Assembly (NCBI GenBank): GCA_001244265.2
Contig: CDLV01000010.1
Coordinates: 124,001 to 188,000 of the forward strand
Direction: 5' to 3'
DNA: 64,000 bases
From: Microbotryum violaceum
Taxonomy: Eukaryota
In this document: piece by piece, positions 1 to 11,966 of the stretch
Numbering within the stretch: position 1 is the stretch's first letter
Layout of the letters: every line of letters starts with the position of its first letter
Notes under the pieces: model-generated
What the model was told of the DNA's origin: nothing
The model's input: only the letters and a program-made list of their open reading frames with translations
Database searches by the model: none
Program-made: the position numbers and the translations under genes

Positions 1-283
1 CCGAGCTCAATATTGCTTTCGAATATTCAGGCTGGCGCTCGCGCGCGTTCCGGGCAGGCCTGCCCAGTGCCTCCTGACGGTGTGGGCAGTATGTACTGCC
101 CTCTAGCTTATTAGTAAGCTCGACGCGGACGACCTCGCCCTGAGAGACGTATATCTTGATTACAGGTCGCCATAATCTCAAAAGTCGCAAAAAGATCCGA
201 TAGTCATAGAAATTACTAGATTACAAGAATGCAAGCAGTAAAAGCTCTACGCGGCCAACGTCAGAGAAAGAATCGCTGAGGTA

Positions 284-1830
284 CTAATAGGTATCCCCAA
301 TTAGACGTTCCTCCATCGAGTCGACATCGATCACGAGTCGATGGGGCGAGATATCAAATTCCTTTTCGTCCAATGAATCACGCATTGTCATCGAAGTGGG
401 TAGAAGAGGAGCTTGCGAACCCGAGAGGTAGATGGTGCCGATGCAGTCGAAGGGAATGGAGCTGGCCGCGAGGAAGAGGACTTGCAAGCCGACTGCGGGC
501 AGAGAGAGTACATGTCAGGTTGGAAAGGAAATTAACATTGCCACAGGGTGGTCGCTCGGACATACAGGTGACGAAAAGCATGGTCATGCGAGCCGCTACT
601 GGGTCCCCGAGACTCGCCAAGTACACGGTCAAATCTGCTGCGACTCCGCACACTATGTTCAAGCCACCGCTCGGTAAGTCTTTTCCCTCTCCGTCGATCA
701 ACGCAAAGCTCAAAGATGCTATAGTTGGAGGCAGCTCACGAGTTGTTGCCAAAGCGACGACACAGATCTTGACTTTGCCCATTCCGCTGCTCGTCTCGGG
801 CCATTCGGACCGATGCTGACCGAGCAGACCCAACACCCTCGCACCAGCCGACACGCCCAACATCAGGGGCAACCAGATAAGCGCAAGAAGGATGCGAGAC
901 TCGCGTGGCAGCCGGAGATCCCGATTAGCCGGCGACAGGAGTTCCCACATGGTGCCGAGCATCGAACCCCACGTCGGCGAGTCCGGGGAGATGCGCTGTA
1001 AGACGTAGAGTAGGCAGCCGAAGTTCCAGAGTGATGCACTTGGGGGATGATGCAGAACTTGAAGGGTCAACATTTTTGATGAGATTTGAGACTTGCGACT
1101 GCACTCACAGTATTGATTCGCGCAAGACGAGCACCTCAATGTGCACCAAATCGTGCCAGGAGGCCTCTTCGACGGCTGTGACGGCGTGACGTTAGGGAGT
1201 CGTCAATACACGAACAACAGCTTGGAAGTTTGGCAAATCATAACACTCACTTGTCACATATTCTATCAGAGAGTTCCCTTTCTCCCAACGAATCGAGGGC
1301 ATGCTGCGCGCCGGATGGTGAACGGCCGCGTACGTTTGGAAATTTGTCGTTGCACAGGAGGTACGGGCGAAACGGAGACCGCGCAAGCTTTTTCGGCGCG
1401 CTCACTGTCCCTTGGCGTACAGTGGACGGATGGGTGACGGTCCTAGGAAAGGTCGGGTTTTGATGGCACGAAGGGGTATGGAGCAAAGTCAAGAGAAAAT
1501 GTTCGACGGCAACGAGCGTCATCGCGGTGGCAGTACCTCGGGGTCCCTGCACGGACTCTTCACTTCGGGAACCGACGCCGGTCCGCCGGGCGCACAGAAA
1601 CGCGCGCGCACGCTACTACCCTGGCCACGAACAGGGGTGTGCGCTAAGCTTTCATGAGTTCGCGCCTGCGCGTCGATGTACGAGAATAGTCCTAGGGAAT
1701 CTGGGCCGATTGTGAAGAATGCGCCAAACAACCGCTCGAGGTGACGATATGGAAGCACATCATTCACCTCTCGAGTCGCACGGACTCGTCTGCTCCTGTC
1801 CGCGCACATCACTGCAGAATGGAACACGCG
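284..1830 (-). pseudogene. Possible degenerate or lineage-specific gene (Leu-rich, F-box/LRR-like appearance)
   Basis: Chain of overlapping protein-like minus-strand ORFs (1519-1827, 1247-1552, 1192-1386, 378-1139, 284-487) that switch frame. No recognisable catalytic motif. Confidence 0.25.
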
Positions 1831-2321
1831 GGCAGTGCTTGTGTCTTACTTCGTCGGGTCTGTAAGTCTAACTCCGGCAGAAATAGCAAACGTCGTACTC
1901 GAGTAAAGCAAACGCCGGTCGCAGCCAGCGAAAATCCGCTAACCGAAGCATCTCCACCGGTCGCCGTCCGCCGCTCAAATCTTGGGTCCGAATGAGTTTC
2001 ACCAGGTACGTCGCTACAGCGGCGTGGCTGGAGATGTTCCGGAACGGTCACCATCGCGGCGATCTGCTGTCGTTTTATCGATGCAGTTGTTCTCACCTCA
2101 TCAACGCCATGTGTGATCCTAGCGGGGGTCGACACCATTAACGGCAGTCGGCGACCAAATTCGACACACCGGGGACATGACTTGCCACGAAATGCGATGC
2201 GAGGTGAACAACGAAATGAACCGGCGTGCCAAAATGATGCTATAACAGGCCGTTGCGAATATACTCCTACTACATGTAAAGCGAAAACCCTAGCCCAATC
2301 CTTCCGCTACGCTGTAGCCGT

Positions 2322-4652
2322 TCAGGCGGATTTGCGGACCGTGGCTCGGACCATCAAAGGATTCGCCTGCACGTAGGAAGCGTCGTCAGATACCGGTTCA
2401 GGCTTATCCCGAGCAAGGAAACAGAGTAACTGACCAGATGAAAGGTGAGGGATGGGAGATATTTGGGCATGTCTTCGGTGTCCAACTTGGGGGTGTTCTC
2501 CCAGTAGCCTTCGGCGAACTCGAGGTCAAAATTCTTCAGGATCGCAGTGAGTAGATGGCAGCCTTCAAACTTGGCCAACTCCATCTGTGAACATACCGTT
2601 TCGGTCAGGTTTTATAAAGGGCCGGTCGATGAGCTCTCAATGTCACTCACTCCGAGGCAAAGCCGGTAGCCGGCGTTAAACATGTGCGCCTTGTAGTTGG
2701 ACATCTTCTTGACCGTGCCGTCAGCATCGATCCAGCGTGCAGGGTTGAATTGCTTGGCGTCGGGTCCCCAAATGCTCTCCTCTCGTGCCATCGAGTAGTC
2801 TCCCCAGTGCACATACTCTCCGCCGCGAATGAACGGGCCGCCGTTGGGGAGCTGATCGTCTTTCACGGCCTGCCATCCGTTCTTGGGTACCGACGGTGAA
2901 AGGCGCAAACCTTCCATGAACACCGCGTTCGTCATGTGGAGATGCTTGAATGTGTCGTACTCAAGGTGACCCATCTCGTCGGCCTCCTTGCGGATTGATT
3001 CGATCCATTTCGGATCGCGTAGCAAACGGATCATAGTCCAAGACGTGGCTTGAGCCGTCGTATCGCGTCCGGCAATGATAAGGTTGAGCACGGCGTCGCG
3101 CAGCTGCTTTCGGCTCATCGGTTTGCCCTGCTCATCCCGGATGTTCATGTACAGCGAGAGCAAGTCGGTTTGACTATCGTGCTTCTTCTCCGACGTGAAA
3201 GTATTGCGTCCGGCTCGCGTGCGTTCGTCGATGAGGTTGTAACAGAATTCGTCGAGGATGCGCACAGTGTCGCGCATCTTGCCTCGGCTTCCGTCGAGGA
3301 ACTCGTTGATCGGCCAGAAGGGATCTTGGAACCGCTTGTTCAGAACGACTTGGGCGTAGTCAAAGGCTGCTGTGAAAGGGACCGGTTCATCCGTCTCGGT
3401 CGATAAGGCGCCGATGTCGCACCCGAACGCCATTCCGCCGAACGACTCCAACGTGAAACGGAAGAAGAGCTGAGATAGGTCAAAGACTTCGCCCTGGTCG
3501 GCGTGACGCTTGATGATGGTCACGAGGCGCTCGATGTTCTTGTCGATCGACTGGGCGATAATCCCTCGGAAGGCGTTGCCTGGCGACATCGAGAGAGCAG
3601 TTCAAGGTTTTGATCAGTCATAACGATGGTGTGCATGAGCAAGCGGATGTTTACCGTTGAAAATCTTGGAGGTGGCCTTGCGCTGCAAGGTCCAGGCGTG
3701 TCCGTCTTAACACACGAGGCGCAAGCCGCAGAAGGATGTTCAGGATCCGAGCCATAAGGGAAAAACTTTGTATGTTGGGGACGTTGACATACCAACGTTG
3801 AAGATACCATCTCCGAGCACGGCCTCCATGTTGAGGTAAAACTGCTTGCCCTTGACATAATTCTGGAAGTTCGTCTGTTGACGTTGATTGGAATCCCGAT
3901 AAGCCGAAGAAAATTGTGAGCTGGACACATAAAGTTGTCAGAGGATTGTCGACGCTAGCTGACTCACCTTCTGGACATATTCAATGAGATCCGGTCGACT
4001 AATGTCGATGATGCGTCGACCATAGGGTGCGGACCAACTGAGCCACTTGCCGTGGTGCTCGGGGTTGCGATCCATTTTGGCGCGTTCCTCTCCCCATGTC
4101 TGCGCAGCACGACGGAGAGAAGTATCGCATATGCGGAGAAGTGGGTATGTGCGATCAGTGGTTGTATAAATTATAAGTATAGCTGGGTAGAGCTGCAGAC
4201 TGGACGTCATCCCCGTCGGAGACGTTGTGGCATGGCGAGCATTTTTAGGTGCGCAAGGGGGGGACCAAGCTCTCACGCAGACCCCGGGATCCGAGGTAAG
4301 ATCTTGAGAGCCGAGGCCTGCTTCGGGGATCCGGGCAGCTCCCCCTCCCATCAGGTCGATCTCAAACCGCCACCCCCGCTCAAGCGCCTCCTGCAACCGT
4401 ACCACTCCGAACACTAACCTCGAGCAACTTGTGTCTCGTAGCCAGGACGAAGGGGAGACTTCCGAGGAACCACGTCGTGTGCGGCGAGTAAAGGTCCTTG
4501 CGATACCTGTTGCGGTCATTGCCGAGCGCGGTGCCATCGCGGTAACTGAAGATCCAGGCGGCGATCCAGACGGCTACGGCGCCGTAGACGAACACCGTCA
4601 GCAATACGGGACCGTAGCCGGGTATATCGATGAGAGTTGGAATGGGGGACAT
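2322..4652 (-). CDS. Cytochrome P450, CYP86/CYP704-clan-like (fatty-acid hydroxylase type), multi-exon
   Basis: N-terminal TM anchor (MSPIPTL...VAVWIAAWIF), WTLQRKATSKIF helix C, I-helix AGRDTTAQ, K-helix EGLR, PERF-like PARW, heme motif FNAGYRLCLG. Last exon ends ...ANPLMVRATVRKSA-stop at 2322. Confidence 0.93.
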
Positions 4653-5520
4653 GGTGTTGTAGGAAGGGGGGTGTTGCTATGAGAGGGAGGGGCGTTGCGG
4701 GACCAAGAAGAAGGAGCAGCCGAAGAGGGTGAGGCCGGTGAGGGGACGAACCACAAGATCTTGTTCAATCCTTTACTAGAGATTTCGAATTTCAAATACA
4801 ACCCAGAGAAGCGGTGCCCCGCTTTTCGAGGTCTGCCAGCGCGCGCCGAGGCGGCTCGTGCATGTGCGCGCAGACTCCAGAGGGACACTCTGCTCGAACG
4901 CGCATGCTTCAAAGCTTCGAGGCGTTCCTGCGACGACCCCCTATCCTCGCAGCTCGGATCTGCCGATTCTGCGACTATCGGAAATGTGAGAGGTAGGTGT
5001 GCTCTCGATCCATGTCGACTCCACTGCATATGCCTGAAGATCTCGAGTGTGCTGCCGAGTCATGCGACTCGATTGCCAGGCATTTCTTGCCCGCTTTCAC
5101 CAAAAACGTTCCGAGTGTTAGTAACCCAAGAAGCAGCCCGAGACCGCTGCGCGCTAAAATGAAATCTTCCGAGCGAAGCTCGCCGAAGCCGACATGGCAT
5201 CACTTTCCTCAGAGAGAAGAACACGGTCGATTGCACAACATGAAGGCACAGAGTCGTTAGAGATAAAATCACGTCCTAGAACTGACAAATTACGGTCGTG
5301 GCACAAGTGTCAGTACAGTGTCGACGATAGGTTGTGGATGCGTCATAGGATCTGCCGGAGATGTTCCTTCGGGATCTGCCGTCGCTAATCTGGCCGTGGC
5401 CTCGGAGTCTACATTTTTGGGGAGTACGAAAAGGGACCAAGGAAGGGGTTGAGAGCGTGAGGGCTCCTCCGCGAAGCTTTGAATCCAGTATGAGAAATGA
5501 GTCGAACACCGCTCGGTTGC

Positions 5521-8500
5521 TCAAGACGTCGGAGACTTGATCTCCGCTTCAAGCGTCAGATCCTCCAACGAGCCAGGAGCCGACGAAGCAGGTGACGCCG
5601 TCCCCGACACAGCCAGACTACTCCTTGACGTCGGCAGTTCCAAGGAGCTCGAACTCCTCTGTGCCGAACGCAACATATCCGGATCCGGGTGCAGTTCCTG
5701 CCCATGGATCGCGGCCGATCGTACGTGCGAGTCGAAAAGAGAGGAAGGTAAGGTCGTCGTCCTGGCCGCGAGGTAGTCCTCCGTGCTACGCGAAGCATCA
5801 TTCCTACTTGAAGCCCGAGACCCAGCATCGAAGTGGAAGCTTGCAGACCCGAATGTCTCCGTTGTACTCCTCTTCATCCTCGGTGCGAAAACTCCTTCCA
5901 AAGAAGGCGTCCTCAATCGATCAAGATCATCATCCGTCCACGACTGAGGCGCAGGAACCCCGAAGTCGTTCGGAGCGGAATCGAACGAGTCTCGGCTCGT
6001 GGTGCTCGGTGTGCGATCACCGCTCATGGTGAATGAAGGCCGAGGTGGGGCAAGAGGCGTTGCGGGTGTTATTGACGGGTCGAAGGGCTCTCTCGATGAC
6101 TTGGGTGTTCGTTCGGCTCGGGTTTGCTCCGAGACACGACGACGGTGGGACGCTTGACGAGAGGGGAGTCGATCCTCGACGAGCAGATCCCGCGATAAAA
6201 TCTCGCGATGGCACAGGAGCTTGGTCAGACTAAGTAACCACCAACAAAAGATCAGCAATCGAGCCCTCACATCCACAAACTTCAACGTTAGCGCTGAACG
6301 TACTTGATCCTCGCATGTCTAATCCTCTTATCAATCGCCGGCAAAGCGAGGTAAATCCTCTCCCTCGTCGACGACTTGAAAGGCGTCAACACGCCCAAAT
6401 TCCTAGCCAGCCTCAAATCGACTTGAAGGTCGTCCTTGGCTTCGCAAATCTCCTTTTCAAGTTCGGCGAGCTTTTTCTGCGAAGTGGCCAGACGGAAAGT
6501 AAGGATAATATGCTAATGCAGTCATACTCCTTGCTCTTGCGACTCACTTTGAGCACCACGGCACGAGAGGAAAGTGAAGCCCTGCGCATAAGTTGCTCGT
6601 CTCCAAATGCTCCGCGATCACCATTCATCAAAGGCAGCTTGGGCGAAGGAATGACATCAGACGAGCCATTCATCGACATTCTCGTAACTCCGTCCTCAGC
6701 AGACATTGGCACTTCCGGCATTCCGTTCGCAGGCGGCGTCGGCTTGCCACTCATCGAAGGAGAAGCCGTCGGCTCCCAAGTGCGCATCCTCACACCAGCC
6801 GATTTGAAAGCCGCAGCATAGTTGATGGCGTGCATCCACGCGTTAAGGTTCTCACTCGACGCGGCTTGGAAAAGGTATTGACGACCTCCGTGGGCGATGA
6901 GGCGGAAGACGTTGTTGTATTTGCGGTAGGACTGTGGGGAAGGACAATCTAACCGTTTCAGCGCCCGTCGCACGCACCCAAATGTGTGAGAACGTACACT
7001 ATCGTAAATGGCGGCCGTATGAGCCAATGATAAGACGGCATCGGGTCTGAAAGCGGCAGAGATCACGCCAAGGGTAGTGTAAGCAGTGTCTGACCGCTGC
7101 GAGCCTTTGAGAGGCTGCTGCAGGATCGCCGCCCCGAGAGCGTTGGCGAAACTCGCGTCCTTCTGTGGGAGATTAAGAAAAATCCGAGATAAGTCTTCGT
7201 CGCGAGCTAGCTACTTCCGTGAAAGCAGAAAGGGACGTACATAGAATAACAACTGACTGCCCGTCAACACCACACTCCAAGCCTTCCACTTCCTCGAAGC
7301 AGCCTTCTTCCCTCCCTCCGCCAAATCCTCCTTTCGACTCAATGTCCCGACCTTGGTAACCTTGATGTTCGAAACCACATCCTGTTTCGGTTTCGGCGTC
7401 GGAGGGGGTACGTAAGAAGTCGTGCTGTTCATGAGTGTTAGGGGGGCTCCTTCGAGGAGGGCTTCGACGGATTTGGAACGGGAGCGACCGTTGGATGCCG
7501 AGAGGGAAGTGGAGGAATGACTATGCGTTTGCAAGACAGGTGCTCGCGCGAATAGCTGATGCAGGGTCGTCGCGTTGAAAAAGGATGTCGTACCCGTGAA
7601 GGAGAAGGGCGAACGCGAAGGTATCGCGAGAGAGATGTCGATACGGAGGTCGCGGACGAGGCCGGTGGTGATAAGGTAGTAAGGGTCAGGTCGGGTTTTG
7701 CCGGCCGAGGAGGAAAAGATGAAGTTGGAGGAAACCGCTTCGGGTCGGGACAGTCCTGGACCATTTTGAGGCAGGTCTTCGACAAAGACGAAGGGGGCGA
7801 CGGAGATTTGGTCGTAAAAGTACTGGTGAACGTTGTTGCGATCCGCGTCAGCAAGGCACGAGGTCAATCAAAGCCCTGCAAGCTTGAAGCCGACAACTCA
7901 CCTCGAGCACCTCCATCCCCACCCCCTCGATTTTGGTATTCCTCACATAATCCGCCTTCGACATTTTGTTTTTATTACTCGGGTTGAATTGATCCGTCGA
8001 AAGCATCACCAACGAGAACGCCAAAACATACGGTGTATCGCTCGATTCGAACAAGCCATCATTACACTGGATGTACCTTTTCGCGAACGCCTCCATCACT
8101 CGATCGATTTGTTGCGTTTCGGTAGGGAGACTGACTTCCATCAAGAGTTTCCTCAATGCGATGTCCAGTGCATCAAGGGTGAAATCGAAGCGCGCGAAGT
8201 AGGCCGCCAAAGCCTCCGTATGGAACGCATCGGCGGATTGGGCTAGACATCGCGAAACGTCGGGTCGAGTCAAGAGCGAGACGAGTCGATCGACAAATGC
8301 TGAAGGTGTTTCCCCCTCCTCCGGATCGATCTTGGGTACCGAAGGAGCGAGAAGCATTGTTGAGGAACGACCGCGCGCCATTTGTGTTGATGACATGGTC
8401 CCTGGGCCCGAAGGTGTCGTAGCTGCGAACGAAGCCTTGCGGGAGCTGGGTGATGTCCCGGTCGATTGGCGATAAAAGGCGAAACTCGATCGTCGACGCA

Positions 8501-10763
8501 TCATCGTTGGTGAAGCTGGGGGTGAAGCAAACATCCCTAAATTAGGGGACGAAGGAATCGAAGTTGACGAAGAACCGTCCGGGGCTCCTCCGGACGCGCC
8601 GGTCGACAATCGTTTCGGATCTGTACTCGCTCGTAATCGTCCCGAAGTCGGGGTCGAAAGACTTTCGGTAGGCGCTAACATCCCACCCACTGTTGGGGCA
8701 GCGACTGCAGTCGCAGTAGGTGGGATCCAGCTATTGGATAGACTCGAAGAGCTACCCGCGCGTTTCCTTCCGTCGCTGGAACCGCCGAAGATTCCCGCTC
8801 CGACACTCAAACCTCGCATCCGTCCCTTTGTAGGCAACGATGCCGCACCGAACAATGCGCCGAATTCGTTCGTCTCGTTCGCCAAGGTGGGCGAAATGGT
8901 CGTCGTTTTCGACTTGAGCGAGTTGTTGGAACTGGCGCGGGACATGGTGGCACTGCTCACGGTTGCTGCTAGGTTTGACGATGATGAAGACGAGGCCGAG
9001 CCACTAAAAAAGTTGGAGACGGCACCGAAAACGCCGACGGGTCGCTCGCGGTCTGAACTGATGCTGCCGGATGTTTTGGGTCTGCAAAGTTGCGGGGGCG
9101 CTGCCGGGACCGGGACCGGAGTAACTGCTACATACGAATCGGGGCACGTGTCAGTAATTTTGCTAGCGATGATGGGGGCGTCCGATGCTCACCAGGTTCA
9201 TCATCCGACTGCACGACAATCGAGATCGGCCTCTGCGACCCATCCGAATAACTCCTCGAAGCCCTCGTCAAGACCCTTCTCGTGGCCGGACTCGTAAGAG
9301 GATGATTCACTACTCCGGGCCCACTATTACCACCCGTCATCGTCACATCCCCATTGAGCGCCCCTTTACCCGAGCTCGAAGAGCTGGTCGAACCGGCCCA
9401 AGAGTCGTTGCGTCGCAAGCTTGAGCTGATCGGTTTGGCTAGAGTCATTTTGGAAGCCGTCTGGGGTACTGAAGGGCTCGGTAGAGCAGAACTGCCTGCC
9501 TGAAGGGTCGTCGCAGGTGGGCCCGCTCGCTGAGGCGAGTTTCTGAGATCCGAAGTATTGGCCGAGCCAGTTCCAAAGCCCCACGACATCCGATATGGGT
9601 TCGTCGAGAGTTGTAGCGCAGGTAAGGATGGCAACGAGTATGATTCGGCCGTCAGCGGCGTCGAGGGTGAAGGGAAGGGAGCGTCGAAGGTCGTCGAATC
9701 TGGCGTCGAAGCCGCCTGTACGGGTAGGGTATGCGTATCATTCTGGCTTGCGTTCCGTCGAAAGATGGAGAACGTACTCCGCCTGGAACTTGTTGAGCCT
9801 TTCTTCCGATTTGCTTCCCTTTCGCTGGACGATGTGTCGCGCGCGGATAGAGCATCGACAGATGAAGCGGTCTGTGTCGGGACGGACGAAACCTGTGACC
9901 TCGCTGCATCGACCTGCACGGATGGTGAGACCAGCGGCGAGAACAACCAATGTGAAGTCGAAGTCGGTGGAGGAGGTGGTGGTGGTGACTGCTGCTCTAC
10001 GGCCTTCTCCTTCCCCTTCCGCGTCGGCACAATCGGAACGGCCGAAAGCTTGGGTTCTCGATGTGGGGACTTGTCGCGCGGTGTGACGGGGTCAAACGTG
10101 GCACTTGATGAAAGGGTCGGCGAGCTGGTGAAACTCCTTGCTTTCCTCAGCAGGGCTCTTGCTCCACCTCCTCCGGATTTGCGAGTCGAGGATCCATGAT
10201 CGCCTGCTGCTTGTGGTGGGGGAGCCAAGGGTGGTCGGTGCGAGTCGCTCCAATGCACCAGATGTTCATTCGATGGATTGCCCCTCGGTCGAAGTCCTTC
10301 AATTTGCGTCCTATCGACTTGACCGGTCGAAGGTGCGAGGTGCCTGGTCCGAGTGTGGAGGTCGTCGAATGAGACGCGTAAGAGCGGTGAGGACGAACCG
10401 ATGGCGGGAGTGGGCGAATGCGAGGCCGAGGCCGAGGATAAGGGGCGACTCGAGAATGCCGAGGCCGGTGTTGAGGTGGATGGTAAGGAGCGGTCGTTGG
10501 GCGGTGGAGCGAGGGGTGAAGTGGCTACTGGGGTCGTCGTAGTCGAGGCTGTTGTAGCTGCTTGTGCATCGTCAGAGTCGACCGAGATGATCGACGTACT
10601 GGCAGCTCCGCCGTCTAGTTGACGTCGACGCGAGCTCGTACGCAGCGACGACGACGATGATGCCGGCATGGTTTCGTCCTGCTCCGGTGCAGTGACAATG
10701 GGTAGGACAAGGTTCTCCATCGCCCGTTCTTCAGACGGAGGTGTATCCGTCGTCGTCGACATG
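5521..10763 (-). CDS. Sec7-domain Arf guanine-nucleotide exchange factor with split PH domain (fungal Syt1-like), multi-exon
   Basis: Sec7 core FDFTLDALDIALRKLL...LPTETQQIDRVMEAFAKRY...YVLAFSLVMLSTDQFNPSNKNKMSKADYVRN. PH elements KVGTLSRKE...RKWKAWSVVLTGSQLLF and QYLFQAASSENLNAWMHAINYAAAF. Long Ser/Pro-rich N-terminus; start and some exon limits are approximate. Confidence 0.88.
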
Positions 10764-11269
10764 TTGTGGGAACGCACACACTCGAACGGCGCCCTGTTTC
10801 ATGCGATCGTCGGTCCCGTTTCCAGTGCACGACGCTGACACTGACTGACACGCGCCGCTCCGCTTCTTGGGCGGGTGCTGCGCCGAGCGGCGATCGCGAG
10901 TCGCGACTATCGCTGGTTCGGCACGGTTCGGCTCGCCCCCACGCGACGTAAAGCCCGGAGAGGAGCGCAGAGGTCGGTTCGGGTGGGGGGGGGAGACGGG
11001 GGGAGATTAATCCTGAGCAGTGGCCGTGAGCAGGCTCTGAGCCTGCTTCTCGAGGTTGGCGCAGTGGTGGGAGGCAACTTTGTAGAGTTTCTGCCCTGGA
11101 TGGATACTTCATCGTATAGTCGGTCTTGTCGAGCTGTGCAGTCTCAAGCGCCGAATTGTTTTAGTCTAAAGCGATGATCGAGCAACCCCTTTGAACACGA
11201 CCAAGTCACTGGTGCAGTAGTGGCACCGCGCGAATCGTCCTCAAACTTCTAGTACGGTTGGAAAAGAGC

Positions 11270-11545
11270 TCAGGAGTCAAGGGTTGAAGCTTTGAGTTGG
11301 GCGATCGCAGTGTAAGGGTATGGTCTCACAAAGATCCGAGTCACGAGAACTGCTGAAACAGACGGTAGGCGTGTTCGGGTTCCTTGCAGATTGTCTGAAT
11401 TGACCCAGGTTGTCTCAAGGAACGAGGAAAATGAGTGATTATCGAAAGGTACTATAACAAGCCTATCCAATCAGGAGAGGAGAGCTCGTCTCAGGTGTGG
11501 GCAAGGCCCGTGGGAGGGGCGCCACCCTCACAGCGATCGGAGGAG
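11270..11545. repeat. Dispersed repeat, copy A (uninterrupted); homologous in inverted orientation to 19655-19783 plus 22207-22340
   Basis: Shared blocks include ggcaaggcccgtgggagg, aggagaggagagc, tgattatcRaaaggYac and gttcgggttccttgcRgattgtct, matching the reverse complements of the other two segments. Confidence 0.75.
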
Positions 11546-11966
11546 TCGATTTGACCCCTGTCAGTTCAGCATTCCGTATTGTGCAAATTCCAAGAGGCGA
11601 GGGGAAAGTCTGTTCTCGTTTCTTCTTTTTCGGCGGTCGATACGTCGAGCATCTGTGGCCGGACCAAAGAATTGCCAAATTCGACGTGTGCCTTCGGCAG
11701 TAATTAAGCGAATTCGGTGCGCTGACGCCGCCATCGAGTCGCTGGTGCCTTGCTTCTCTGTCGTCTGCACACGCACCGACGCTCGACCGCTGACTCGAGC
11801 ATCGAACCGCAACCCCCAACACAGCAGTACACCCACTCTCACCGCTCTACATGGGTCCTCAGTGAGACTGTGTACCCCTTTCGATAGTAACGCACACCCT
11901 CTCTCTTCAGCGTTCTGAAAGACGCGCGCATCAGACCCGCTTGTGTCGTCGTTCTGTGGCTTTTGG

